Counted from the first letter of the stretch, positions 22,990 to 32,939 are shown. The stretch is 64,000 bases of DNA from an uncultured Prochlorococcus sp. (GCA_902628235.1 CACOMD010000003.1:2393-66392), one strand, 5' to 3'. Notes: generated by a model not told the origin, from the sequence alone. Program-made: numbers and translations.

Positions 22990-24147
22990 TTAATTAATTA
23001 AATATTTAATCCATCTACAATCTATACCACCATTATTAATAGGTATTTTTAAGCTTGCTTTCATCTTTAAAAATTTTGTAAGTTTAGGATTACCGCTTAA
23101 CAACCAAAAAGTCCAGCCAGAACAATTCTTCTTTAAAAATTCTCCTAATTGAGAATATAAATCAATTAATTCTTGTTCATCTCCAATTCTTCTACCATAA
23201 GGAGGATTACACAATATAATTCCTGGCTCATGATTAATAATAAGATTAGCAAAATCCATATTATGCAATTCAACATAATTTTCTAAACCCGCTAAAGAAA
23301 TATTCTTTTGAGCTTGTTCAAATATATCAATATCAATTTCACATCCAATCACCTTAGATATATTTAAATCACTCAAATCATTATTAATTAATTTCAATTT
23401 CTCTGATATAAAAATATCTTTTTTGAAATCAATCCAATTTTCAAATAGATAATTTTTTTTTGTTATGTTTGGAATCCTTAGATACTGAGATATAGCTTCA
23501 ATTAATAAAGTTCCTGATCCACACATAATATCTATTAAAGGTTTTTTCCCTTCCCATTCAGTAATTTGTATAAGTCCTGCAGCTAAATTTTCCTTGAGAG
23601 GAGCATTAGCCATAAGTGGCCTATATCCTCGTTTATGTAGGCTCTCAACAGTGCTTTGTAAACTAAGAATTGCTTCTTCGTAATTAATATGCAAATGAAC
23701 TATCAAGTGAGGGTTTTTGATAGAAATATCAGACCTAGAACCCAAATATTTTTTTTGTAAATCAATAATCGCATTTTTAACTTGTAAAGCTGTGAAATGA
23801 GTATGTCTTAAAAATAAATTTTTACCAGTTACCTGAACACAAAAACTTTTATTAGTTGGAAGCCACTTCAACCAATCAAAAGAGCATTGAACACCTTTAT
23901 ACAAGGTATTTTTATCAGAGCATGGAAAACGTGAAACCTCTCTGTAAAAACGAAAAGCAATCCTCGAATAGAAATGAAGTCTATAAAATGTTGCTAAATC
24001 GCACTTAAAGGAAACGCTTCTTTTAAAAATTTTTATTTGTTTTCCACCAAAACTTGTGACTTCTTTAGCTAAAAGTTTCTCTAATCCTTCTGGAGATGAT
24101 GCAACAACATTCATAACATTTGTAAAAATACGCAAATAACTATCCAA
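22990..24147 (-). CDS. THUMP-domain RNA methyltransferase (RlmL-like)
   Basis: SLHKRGYR, APLKENLAA, DIMCGSGT, CNPPYG. Confidence 0.9.
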   Translation of the reverse strand: MDSYLRIFTNVMNVVASSPEGLEKLLAKEVTSFGGKQIKIFKRSVSFKCDLATFYRLHFYSRIAFRFYREVSRFPCSDKNTLYKGVQCSFDWLKWLPTNKSFCVQVTGKNLFLRHTHFTALQVKNAIIDLQKKYLGSRSDISIKNPHLIVHLHINYEEAILSLQSTVESLHKRGYRPLMANAPLKENLAAGLIQITEWEGKKPLIDIMCGSGTLLIEAISQYLRIPNITKKNYLFENWIDFKKDIFISEKLKLINNDLSDLNISKVIGCEIDIDIFEQAQKNISLAGLENYVELHNMDFANLIINHEPGIILCNPPYGRRIGDEQELIDLYSQLGEFLKKNCSGWTFWLLSGNPKLTKFLKMKASLKIPINNGGIDCRWIKYLIN

Positions 24148-24175
24148 TATTTATTTTGCCTGTCAGAATATAAAT

Positions 24176-24437
24176 GTCCAACTGGACTAGGTGATCTCAA
24201 CCGATATTTCGGACAGCGGTTCGATTCCGCTCAGCTCCATTGATGGGGTTGCAATGGTTTCGACGGGGTATAAGGAAGATGACTGAAGCCTGCTCGGCAA
24301 GAGCAAAAACACAAACGCTAACAAAATCGTTAGTTTCTCCCGTCAAACAGCACCAGTTGCTGCTTGATCAAAAGGAGATGGGGTCATATCAGCCTTATAA
24401 ACCAAATGATACAGAGAGCCTGGAAGGGCTCTTTATT
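24176..24437 (+). ncRNA. ssrA: Two-piece circularly permuted tmRNA
   Basis: T-arm/acceptor half GCGGTTCGATTCCGCTCAGCTCCA ends at 24239; 5-nt spacer; 5' half GGGGTTGCAATGGTTTCGAC starts at 24245; tag ANKIVSFSRQTAPVAA* at 24317-24367. Outer ends are approximate. Confidence 0.95.
24415..24437 (+). terminator. Hairpin ending the tmRNA transcript
   Basis: AGAGCC-TGGAAG-GGCTCT followed by TTATTT. Confidence 0.6.
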
Positions 24438-24746
24438 TCTAAAGGAATAATTAAGTGACAGTAATTAATCTTGTCAATTCATGTAATCATTGCTTCAAAA
24501 ATGTGTAATAAAGAACATTAATGTAAAGATATAGGTATAAATACTGAGAGTTTTAATTCAAAATTCTTTTAAGGTATTAAAAATTTTTATTTTCAAATGA
24601 GCTCCAGCAAAAATATAAATGATTTATTGGTTAATTTAAATCCCAAAGTTCTTAGGTTTACTGGAGAAAAATTTCCATCTGAACTCTGGAGCTCATCTTC
24701 AGTAAAAAACGAAAAAAATATTGCATCTAAATAAATACAGTTAATT

Positions 24747-25709
24747 TTATAAACTTGTGAATGGATTGCCTGGAATTTTTTTAGAACAATTTTTCGAAGC
24801 ATTATTCAGTCTCTCAAATTCACTTTTAGTTAAGTTCCAATTAAATACCTTAGAAATATCTAAGACTTGATTTCTTTTGCGTAAACCAACAATTGGTATA
24901 GCCCCATAATAAAAACACCAATTTAATGCAACTTGAGCCATTGAAGCTGATCTTGCTTTAGCAATTTCCTTCATTATTTTTCTCAGCTCCAATGTTGGTT
25001 TATCATATGTTTGAAAAATAAAATTTCTTAATAGAGATCTTTTGCCCATATCATTTTTTGTAGGGTCTCGACAAAGAATCCCAAAAGCCAAGGGGCTATA
25101 AGCGAGAAAATCAATTTTATTTTGATCACAAATTTTTTTTACATATTTTTGTTTTTCATTATCAGGCGAAAGTAAAGAAAACTGTACTTGAACACTACTT
25201 ACTCTTTTATTTTTATCTTTTAAAAATTGTATTATTTTTAATAATCTTTTAGGCCCAATATTTGATAAACCTATTTGAAATTGAAATCCTTCATCAATTA
25301 AATCACACAGATTATTTAAAAGCTGAAAGTCCTGCCATGGATTGTATTTTTCAGTAGACCAATGTAGCTGAACGATATCTAATTTATTATTAAGTCTATT
25401 TAAACTTTTTTTATAAGGAATACTAAAACCTTGCCTTCCTATCCTCCAAGGATAAGGTGCTAATTTAGTAGCAATTCTAATATCGTTTTTTTTAGCCTTA
25501 ATAACTCTTTGTAAAAACTGACCTATTAATTTTTCACTTCTTCCAGATAAAATTCCAGTGCCATAAGAATCAGCAGTATCAATGAATGAAAATCCTTGAT
25601 TTATCGCCTCAGTAAAAGTCTCAAAAAGCTCTCCATCAGAACTAACTTTATAGTTCCAAAAAAATTTATTACCCCATGACCAAGTGCCTAAGCCAATTTT
25701 TTTTCTCAA
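24747..25709 (-). CDS. Aldo/keto reductase
   Basis: GLGTWSWG, IDTADSYG, ATK, QLHW, GLSN, AYSPLA. Confidence 0.92.
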   Translation of the reverse strand: MRKKIGLGTWSWGNKFFWNYKVSSDGELFETFTEAINQGFSFIDTADSYGTGILSGRSEKLIGQFLQRVIKAKKNDIRIATKLAPYPWRIGRQGFSIPYKKSLNRLNNKLDIVQLHWSTEKYNPWQDFQLLNNLCDLIDEGFQFQIGLSNIGPKRLLKIIQFLKDKNKRVSSVQVQFSLLSPDNEKQKYVKKICDQNKIDFLAYSPLAFGILCRDPTKNDMGKRSLLRNFIFQTYDKPTLELRKIMKEIAKARSASMAQVALNWCFYYGAIPIVGLRKRNQVLDISKVFNWNLTKSEFERLNNASKNCSKKIPGNPFTSL

Positions 25710-25840
25710 TACAATTCTGATAACTACTTTTATAAACTTACCAAAAAAGATATTTTTAATTTTGATAATTTATAATTTTTATTTATTTTTGACTTGACAT
25801 CAATCAAATATTACCCAAAGTAGGAAAAATATTAAAATCA

Positions 25841-26512
25841 TTGTTTATTACTGTCTGCGGCCAAAAAGGAGGGGTAGCAAAAACTTGCACAAGTATTCAC
25901 TTAGCAAGTGTTTGGGATCGTCAAGGCAAAAATGTTTGTATTGTTGATGCAGACAAAAACAGATCGGCCTTAGCTTATGCCTCTAGAGGGAATTTACATT
26001 TTCCTGTTTATCCAGTAAGTGCAGCGGCTAAAGCATCAAGAGGTTCAGATATTGTTATTACAGATGGTCAAGCAAGTAGTGATGAAGAAGAATTAAAACA
26101 CTTGGCTTATGGATCAGACCTAGTAATAATCCCAACTACTCCTAAAGCAAGATCAGTAGAATTAACAGTTGAATTAGCAAATTTATTAAATACCCTAAAA
26201 GTAAATCATGCGGTTTTGATTGTAAAAGTTGATTCAAGAAAGCAAAAGGCTGCCTTGCAAGCAAGAGAAGCTCTTCAAAAATTTGAGCTAGAAGTTTTTG
26301 ATGGATTTATACCACTATTATCAGCATTCGATAAGGCAGAGGCATCTGGCAATGCAGTTTATGAAGCAGTAGATGATTTAGGCAGATCAGACCCTCGCAG
26401 AATGACGGGTTGGTCTGCTTATTGTTCTATAGCATCTCAAGTATCATGCCTGATTTCGAAGCACTTATCCGACACCAACAACTTAAGCAAGCAAATGCCA
26501 ATCAGCGCCTAA
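25841..26512 (+). CDS. Short ParA-family ATPase (ParF/McdA-like, no HTH)
   Basis: Deviant Walker A QKGGVAKT, VDADKNRS, SDLVIIPTTP. Confidence 0.9.
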   Translation: MFITVCGQKGGVAKTCTSIHLASVWDRQGKNVCIVDADKNRSALAYASRGNLHFPVYPVSAAAKASRGSDIVITDGQASSDEEELKHLAYGSDLVIIPTTPKARSVELTVELANLLNTLKVNHAVLIVKVDSRKQKAALQAREALQKFELEVFDGFIPLLSAFDKAEASGNAVYEAVDDLGRSDPRRMTGWSAYCSIASQVSCLISKHLSDTNNLSKQMPISA

Positions 26513-26679
26513 GAATTGTTGATAAAGAACCAAAAGAAAAATCTGTAGACTCTTCATTGAGCGTTTTGAAATTATCAACCTATTTTTTAACTGGCTTTTT
26601 TGGAGCACTTATTGGCGCTGGAGCAATATTATTCCTTGATATAAATCAAATCATTCCTCTAGATTTTTTGAAGATATAA
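26446..26679 (+). CDS. Small ParA-coupled protein with C-terminal TM helix
   Basis: Likely ATG at 26446 (MPDFEALIRHQQ...) overlapping the parA end; hydrophobic FLTGFFGALIGAGAILFL. Confidence 0.6.
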   Translation: MPDFEALIRHQQLKQANANQRLRIVDKEPKEKSVDSSLSVLKLSTYFLTGFFGALIGAGAILFLDINQIIPLDFLKI

Positions 26680-26877
26680 CAAAAGCAAGCTGAATGATCA
26701 CTAACCAATCAACAGTTGAATCTCTATAAAATAAACTTCCATAGTAATTAATCGTGCTAATAATATTTTTAGTAAGCTGTTTATTTTAAAAATTATTTTC
26801 GTTGAAAACTACTATCGTATTGTTGTTACTTAGTTTTGCAACTCATTCAAATAGATTGCGCTGCAGACAATCTGAGA

Positions 26878-26907
26878 CTATGTAGTATATTCGCTATTAA
26901 TTTCCAC
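26878..26907 (-). repeat. att site: displaced copy of the argJ 3' end
   Basis: GTG GAA ATT AAT AGC GAA TAT ACT ACA TAG versus argJ GTT GAG ATA AAT AGC GAA TAT ACG ACG TAG. Confidence 0.9.
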
Positions 26908-26971
26908 CTTGGGAAAATAGTATATACACCTTGCCGTAATCCATTGCTATCACTTAAGAGAGTTTTTAGAA

Positions 26972-27095
26972 AATAATCACACCATAATCACAGTCGGCAA
27001 AATAATAGTCACAGTTTTAGATTTTTAAACAAAAACCACTGGAACAATTAGGATTAATTTCTGTGATCTTTATTGTGATCGCAAAATAATCACAT
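26972..27095. repeat. Arm-type repeats, left end of the argJ element
   Basis: AATAATCACAC/CATAATCACAG tandem (26972-26993), AATAGTCACAG (27004), inverted CTGTGATC and TTGTGATC (27061, 27073), AATAATCACAT (27085). Confidence 0.75.
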
Positions 27096-27221
27096 TTATA
27101 CCAAGGGTGAATATTCAAAATTACAAAGGGGGATGGGAATTTCCCACTATAGTTTTGAAAAGAAATTGTTTTGTCAATAAATTTAAATAATGCATAATTA
27201 ATAATAAAAACTTTAATAAAA

Positions 27222-28253
27222 ATGAAAAAATTATTTGCTATCTCTTTTCTTGGTTCAAGTTTATTAATTGGCATACCTGAGGCAAAATCAGAATGGGATA
27301 ATTGGGGCATAACTCAAACAAGTAATGGAAGTTCAAAAACAATGTCAATTTATAAAGTTGATACTTCAAATAATAATAATGCTGAACTCTTTGGAACTAA
27401 AACATTTACTAACATTGGTGCTGGAGGAGGGGAAGGAAGTGTCAGTTTCGATAGGTTCGATCAGGTAAATGGATTAATAATTTTTAAAAGAACTAATCCA
27501 AGTGAAGAACATTCTTTCAATCTCTCAAATGGTAATTGGGTTAATGAAGGCACTCCTTGGACAGATAGTTATATAAATACTGGCGAAAGACCAATAATTA
27601 CTAAAAAAGCAAATGGAGAATTTCACATTGGCATAAACTCATGGATTACTAAAGAGGAGAATGGAAGACAAAAAGTTTATGCGAAAGATGCAGCAGGAAA
27701 TCCAATTCCTATTGACTATACAAACGGAACTAAATTATTAATAAATGGAAGAGATGTAGAACAATCAATTAATAATATTGGCGCATTAAGTGCTGCTTTA
27801 ACTGGATTACCAACAGTTCCAACTGACACAACACTTGCTTGTGGTTTAGGAACTGGAACTCATGGAGGTGATTTCGCATTTTCAGGTGGTTGTGCTTCCA
27901 AAGTCAATGAAAAACTATCAATTAATTATGCTGCTTCAATAACTATGCCAGGTCAAGATTATGCTGGTGATTTTGAAGATACTTTTTCTGCTAGAGCAGG
28001 ATTTGTTTGGAAATTGGGAAAGTCAATTAAACCCACTTTGATAAGCATGAAAGCAAAAGAAAAAATGGAAGAAAAAATTTACACTCTTGAAGAAAATAAC
28101 AAAAAAATAATTTCCCAAAATACAGAATTAAAACAAAAAAATCAATCAATCATTTTTCAAAATAAAGAACTTTTAGCAAGACTAGAAAGACTAGAAAAAG
28201 TAGCACTTGGAGAGTCTAAATCAAAAGATTTGGCAACTATAAAACTGCCATAA
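27222..28253 (+). CDS. Secreted surface protein with YadA-like (trimeric autotransporter) anchor and C-terminal coiled coil
   Basis: Signal peptide MKKLFAISFLGSSLLIGIPEAKS; G/N/T-rich passenger; GALSAALTGLP followed by beta-strands ending ARAGFVWKLG; coiled-coil tail. Confidence 0.7.
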   Translation: MKKLFAISFLGSSLLIGIPEAKSEWDNWGITQTSNGSSKTMSIYKVDTSNNNNAELFGTKTFTNIGAGGGEGSVSFDRFDQVNGLIIFKRTNPSEEHSFNLSNGNWVNEGTPWTDSYINTGERPIITKKANGEFHIGINSWITKEENGRQKVYAKDAAGNPIPIDYTNGTKLLINGRDVEQSINNIGALSAALTGLPTVPTDTTLACGLGTGTHGGDFAFSGGCASKVNEKLSINYAASITMPGQDYAGDFEDTFSARAGFVWKLGKSIKPTLISMKAKEKMEEKIYTLEENNKKIISQNTELKQKNQSIIFQNKELLARLERLEKVALGESKSKDLATIKLP

Positions 28254-28265
28254 TTTTGAGGAAAT

Positions 28266-28287
28266 AATAATCACAGTATTATCACAG
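28266..28287. repeat. Arm-type repeats, right end of the argJ element
   Basis: AATAATCACAG TATTATCACAG tandem, same orientation as the left-end pair. Confidence 0.75.
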
Positions 28288-28356
28288 TCAAGAAAGGTGT
28301 GTATTCTTTTTGAGAATTTATATAGTCATATCAACTGATCCAAAAGATCACAAAAA

Positions 28357-29580
28357 CTACGTCGTATATTCGCTATTTATCTCAACATATCTTTTTGATA
28401 AATCACAACCCCAAGATCTTCCTATTCCTTTCCCACTATTTAAATTTATTATTATTTCAATTGTATCTGAGACAAGATATTTTCCTTTCATTTTTGATCT
28501 TATATAGAAAGATATTTCTTCTTTATCAAATTGAATTAAATGACCACCATTCAAAATCTGATATTCGCCAATAAATAAATCAACATCACTCAAATTAAAA
28601 TCAACACCTGAGCTTCCTGCTGCTGAAATTATTCTGCCCCAATTAGGATCACATCCATGAATTGCTGTTTTAACAAGAGAAGAACTACTTATTTGTCTAG
28701 CGATTTTCAATGCATCAACATCATTCTTTGCACCATCCACTTTTACCTCTATTAAACAATTTGCACCTTCTCCGTCTCTTGCAATAGCCTTAGCAAGTCT
28801 TTGACTAACAATATTTATTCCTTCTTGAATGATATGTAAATACTGAGGATTTATTTTATTGCCTCCATTTAACGCTATAAATGAGTCATTAGTACTCATA
28901 TCTCCATCGACAGATATTGCATTAAAAGAAATTCGAGCAGCTTTTTTTATCATTGAGTCCCAAATATTTTTTTCAATTCCCACATCACAAACAAGGAAAG
29001 AAAGCATAGTAGCCATATTTGGATAAATCATCCCAGATCCCTTTGCAATCCCTAATATTTTGATTCGCCTTCCTTCAATCTCTGTCTCAATTAGTGATCT
29101 TTTAATTGTAAGATCAGTAGTTAAAATTGCTTCTGCGATATCCCTAGAATTACTATTAGATAATTTATCAACTAAGACAGGTATATTACTTATTAGATTT
29201 GATATGGGAATGGGAACACCAATAATACCAGTTGAACAAATTAATACTTGGTCACCATTTAGACCCAATAATTGTGCAACCTCGCTTGTAGCCTTAAGAG
29301 AATCTCTTAATCCGAAGTCTCCTGTACAAGCATTAGCGTGACCAGAATTTATTAAAATTGCTCTTATTAAATTACCTGTTTTGGATATTCTTTGTTCACA
29401 TAAATCTACGCAAGCAGCTCTAACGGTTGATTGAGTAAATAAACCAGTACATATGCTATTTTCAGGAGCTAATATGAGTCCTAGATCCTTCTTTTTAGAA
29501 TCTTTTAACCCAGCTGAAATTCCAGAAAAATAAAAACCTTCAGGTATTATATTGGTATCGTCATTATCAAACCAAGTCAA
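28357..29580 (-). CDS. argJ: Bifunctional ornithine acetyltransferase / N-acetylglutamate synthase
   Basis: NSGHANACTG, ILTTD, AKGSGMIYPNMATML, DGDMSTND, DGEGA, DPNWGRI. Confidence 0.97.
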   Translation of the reverse strand: MTWFDNDDTNIIPEGFYFSGISAGLKDSKKKDLGLILAPENSICTGLFTQSTVRAACVDLCEQRISKTGNLIRAILINSGHANACTGDFGLRDSLKATSEVAQLLGLNGDQVLICSTGIIGVPIPISNLISNIPVLVDKLSNSNSRDIAEAILTTDLTIKRSLIETEIEGRRIKILGIAKGSGMIYPNMATMLSFLVCDVGIEKNIWDSMIKKAARISFNAISVDGDMSTNDSFIALNGGNKINPQYLHIIQEGINIVSQRLAKAIARDGEGANCLIEVKVDGAKNDVDALKIARQISSSSLVKTAIHGCDPNWGRIISAAGSSGVDFNLSDVDLFIGEYQILNGGHLIQFDKEEISFYIRSKMKGKYLVSDTIEIIINLNSGKGIGRSWGCDLSKRYVEINSEYTT

Positions 29581-29656
29581 CTTAAGAGCTCAAATTATTC
29601 ATTTTCAATTCAATAATAACTCCAGTTTATTAGTTTTCCACTGATCTATTAATAAA

Positions 29657-30274
29657 ATGTCTATCACAGATAATTTATCAATTACTCAAAAAAGAATAGG
29701 TTTGACAGGGAATATAGCTTCTGGGAAATCAACAATTGCAAAATATATTGCGGACAGTAAAAATTTAAAGATATTAAATGCTGATAATTACTCAAAAGAA
29801 ATTCTAAATAATAAAGGTGATACTTATGAAAAAGTAATAACTTATTTTGGGAATGAAATACTTGATCAATCCTCTAGCAGTGAAGGTATAAATTTTCAAT
29901 TTTTAAAAAAAATAATATTTAATAATGACAACAAAAGAAAGTGGATCGAAAGTGTATTACACCCCTTAATTAAAATAAAAATGGTTGAAGACTGTATAAA
30001 ATATAAAAATGATAAGGAATTGATTTTAGAGATACCACTCTTATTTGAAGCAAAATTCGAATCAATATGTACAGAAATTTGGCTGATTAAATGTTCAAAG
30101 GAAAATCAAATTCAAAGATTAATTGATAGAGATAAAATTAATCGTGATGAAGCTGAAAAAATTATTAATATCCAATCAAATAATATTAAAAAAGAAGATA
30201 AATCTCAAAAAATATTTGAAAATAATTATCATAATAAAGAAAAACTTTTTAAAAAAATAAATGAGATAATTTAG
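29657..30274 (+). CDS. coaE: Dephospho-CoA kinase
   Basis: IGLTGNIASGKST, LHPLI, EIPLLFE. Confidence 0.95.
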   Translation: MSITDNLSITQKRIGLTGNIASGKSTIAKYIADSKNLKILNADNYSKEILNNKGDTYEKVITYFGNEILDQSSSSEGINFQFLKKIIFNNDNKRKWIESVLHPLIKIKMVEDCIKYKNDKELILEIPLLFEAKFESICTEIWLIKCSKENQIQRLIDRDKINRDEAEKIINIQSNNIKKEDKSQKIFENNYHNKEKLFKKINEII

Positions 30275-31749
30275 TCTGATAATTTCTCAGAAATAAGTTT
30301 ATTAACAAGTTTTGGATCAGCCTTCCCTTTTGTTTTCTTCATAAGTTGTCCAACAAAAAATCCTAATAATTTTGTTTTACCATTTTTAAATGCTTGAACT
30401 TCATTGGGGTTGTTATTAATAACCTCCTCAACTAAAGGCAAAATACTGGATGAATCACTGATCATTCCCAGATTTCTATCATCTACTAACTTTTTAGGTG
30501 ATATATTATTTTCAATAATTTCAGGTAGGATTTCTTTAGCAATTTTTCCGCTAATAATATTTGAAGTTATTAAATGAATCATCTCTGCAAGATTTTCTGG
30601 GGTTAAATTTATATTGTTAAAATTTAATTTGTTAGCTTTTAAATATCCTGAAATATCACCTGTGATCCAATTTGCGGCTAATTTTGCATCTGCACCATGT
30701 TTTACAGTGGTCTCAAAGAACATTGCCATAAAAATCTCATCTGACAGAACTCTTGCGTCGTACAGTGAGAGCCCAAATTCTTTCACGTATTTTTTTCTCT
30801 TTTGAGCAGGTAATTCCGGTAGTTCTTTAAACCAAGAATTTCTTTGCTCTTTTGAAATCTCTATTGGTCCTAAATCTGGATCAGGGAAATATCTATAATC
30901 ACTACTACCCTCTTTCATTCTCATACTCTTCGTAATTTGCTTTGATTCGTCCCATAATCTAGTTTCTTGATATATTTCACCACCTTCTTCGTAGACACCA
31001 ATCTGCCTTTCAATTTCATATTCACAAGCCTTTTGAATAGCTGAGAATGAATTCATATTTTTAATTTCTACTTTTGTACCAAAAGGTGCTTCCGGCCCTC
31101 TTCTCACAGAAATATTCACATCGCACCTTAATGAACCTTCTTGCATATTGCCATCTGAAACCCCAAGATATCTTACGGTTCTCCTTATCTCAGAGGCATA
31201 TTCAGAAGCTTCTCTACCAGTTCTTATGTCAGGCTTACTTACTATCTCAACTAAAGCTATGCCTGCTCGATTATAGTCTACAAGAGAATATTTCGAACCT
31301 GCTAAGCGATCACTTCCGGCATGAACAAGCTTCCCGGCATCTTCCTCCATATGAAGTCTTTCGATACCTATTTTTTTTATATAAGTTTCTTTTCCTTTCT
31401 CTGCTACTTCAACTTCTAACCAACCATTTTCAGCTAATGGCTCATCAAATTGTGAAATTTGATAATTCTTAGGTAAGTCTGGATAAAAATATTGTTTTCT
31501 ATCAAATTTACAATGCTCGGCAACATTTAAATTTAAAGCTAATGAAGTTTTAACTGCGTATTCTAAAACCTTCTGATTTAATACTGGAAGAGTTCCTGGT
31601 AATCCGCAAACAACTGGATCAATATGAGTATTAGGATCATCTCCAAATGCTGTTGAAGCAGATGTAAAAATTTTACTTTTAGTACTAAGCTGTACATGAG
31701 TCTCTAGACCAATAACTGCTTCCCAAGATTTAGAATTGTTCATTAACAA
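30271..31749 (-). CDS. gatB: Asp/Glu-tRNA amidotransferase subunit B
   Basis: VIGLETHVQL, FDRKQYFYPDLPK, LRCDVNIS, DYRYFPDPD. Confidence 0.98.
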   Translation of the reverse strand: MLMNNSKSWEAVIGLETHVQLSTKSKIFTSASTAFGDDPNTHIDPVVCGLPGTLPVLNQKVLEYAVKTSLALNLNVAEHCKFDRKQYFYPDLPKNYQISQFDEPLAENGWLEVEVAEKGKETYIKKIGIERLHMEEDAGKLVHAGSDRLAGSKYSLVDYNRAGIALVEIVSKPDIRTGREASEYASEIRRTVRYLGVSDGNMQEGSLRCDVNISVRRGPEAPFGTKVEIKNMNSFSAIQKACEYEIERQIGVYEEGGEIYQETRLWDESKQITKSMRMKEGSSDYRYFPDPDLGPIEISKEQRNSWFKELPELPAQKRKKYVKEFGLSLYDARVLSDEIFMAMFFETTVKHGADAKLAANWITGDISGYLKANKLNFNNINLTPENLAEMIHLITSNIISGKIAKEILPEIIENNISPKKLVDDRNLGMISDSSSILPLVEEVINNNPNEVQAFKNGKTKLLGFFVGQLMKKTKGKADPKLVNKLISEKLSD

Positions 31750-31808
31750 AATGTTTCCTTATTAAATACTATGAGATATAAGTTAAAAGAGTATCAACAT
31801 TTGATAAT

Positions 31809-32939
31809 TTGGAAAATAATTGTATGAATTCAGATATAGATAATTCAATCTTGATACTTGGAGGGGGTTTAATAGGTTTATCTATAGCTTACGAATTTGC
31901 AAGAAATAACTATAAAGTACAGATAATAAGTAGGAATAGATCTGAAGCCGCAGGGTTTGTTGCTGCAGGAATGCTAGCTCCTCATGCAGAAGGTCTTGAA
32001 GATGATTTACTCGATTTTGGGAAAGCCAGTCAAAGATTAATACCAGAATGGATTAAAAGTATTGAAAATGATAGCGGCATTAATTGCGGCTTAAAACAAT
32101 GCGGAATTTTATTGCCTTTTAAAAGTATAAAAAATTTAAAAAAATTCCCAACATATGAATACGGACAATACCTAAATCAAAATGATTTAAATAATGAAAT
32201 CCATGGACTAAACAAAAATTGGAAGCATGGATTATTATTTGCGCAAGATGGACAAATCGATAATAGAAGAAGACTCATGCGAGCTTTAGAAATTGCATGC
32301 ACAGTCAATAATGTGCAGTTTCAAGAAGGTTCAGAAATTAAAGAAATAATTTCAGAAAAAAATCAATTTATTGGAGTTAATATTCTTAATGCCACTGGTG
32401 AAACTCAATCGATCTTTTGTAAGAAAGCTATTGTCTGCTGTGGAGCATGGAGTAAACAAGTAGTCAAAGAATTACCCATTACTCCAGTTAAAGGTCAAAT
32501 GCTATCGATACAAGGTCCTATAAATAAACTAAATAAAATTTTATTTGGTCCAAAAACATATTTAGTTCCAAGAGAAGACGGGTTGATAGTCGTAGGAGCC
32601 ACTGTAGAAAAAAATGCTAATTTCAATAAAGGTAACACTCCCCAAGGGATCAAAGAACTTCAAATAGGCATCAATTCTCTCTTCCCTGAAGCAATACTTT
32701 GGCCTCAAATGGAACATTGGTGGGGATTTAGACCTTCTACTCCAGATTTAAAGCCTATTATTGGAGAATCTAAAATTAGAAACCTTTTTATTTCTACTGG
32801 ACACTATAGGAATGGTGTTCTTTTTTCAGCCGTTACAAGTAATATTATGTATAAATTCATCCAAAACGAGCAACTAAAAGAATCAGAACAAAAATTCATA
32901 AATAATTTTAGCCTTAAAAGATTCTCAGCAATTAACTAA
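31809..32939 (+). CDS. thiO: Glycine oxidase ThiO
   Basis: GGGLIG FAD motif, AAGMLAP, GFRP, TGHYRNG. Confidence 0.92.
   Translation: MENNCMNSDIDNSILILGGGLIGLSIAYEFARNNYKVQIISRNRSEAAGFVAAGMLAPHAEGLEDDLLDFGKASQRLIPEWIKSIENDSGINCGLKQCGILLPFKSIKNLKKFPTYEYGQYLNQNDLNNEIHGLNKNWKHGLLFAQDGQIDNRRRLMRALEIACTVNNVQFQEGSEIKEIISEKNQFIGVNILNATGETQSIFCKKAIVCCGAWSKQVVKELPITPVKGQMLSIQGPINKLNKILFGPKTYLVPREDGLIVVGATVEKNANFNKGNTPQGIKELQIGINSLFPEAILWPQMEHWWGFRPSTPDLKPIIGESKIRNLFISTGHYRNGVLFSAVTSNIMYKFIQNEQLKESEQKFINNFSLKRFSAIN

Larger units (their letters stand above)
26878..28386. mobile_element. Integrase-less mini integrative element in the 3' end of argJ
   Basis: Flanked by 30-nt imperfect direct repeats (26878-26907 and 28357-28386) that both encode VEINSEYTT* on the minus strand, with an identical 14-bp core GTATATTCGCTATT; tandem 11-bp arm-like repeats inside both ends. 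Confidence 0.85.

Noticed and set aside
24240-24458. 72-aa ORF in the ORF track
   Set aside because: Lies within the tmRNA gene; only the tag frame 24317-24367 is meaningful.
24440-26800. tmRNA-anchored island covering the aldo/keto reductase and parA
   Set aside because: No duplicated tmRNA end and no integrase; the only att pair found here belongs to argJ.
26972-27095. ATCACA repeats as a CRISPR array
   Set aside because: Units are 11 bp, in mixed orientation, without regular spacers or cas genes; better explained as integrase arm sites.
27017-27310. 97-aa minus-strand ORF (and 28310-28507 +) at the mini-element ends
   Set aside because: They run through arm repeats or antisense to real genes, with no integrase or excisionase motifs.
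26899-28363. CG avoidance in the argJ mini-element
   Set aside because: About a dozen CGs are present (e.g. 26995, 27080, 27449, 27682, 27875), so it is not CG-free.
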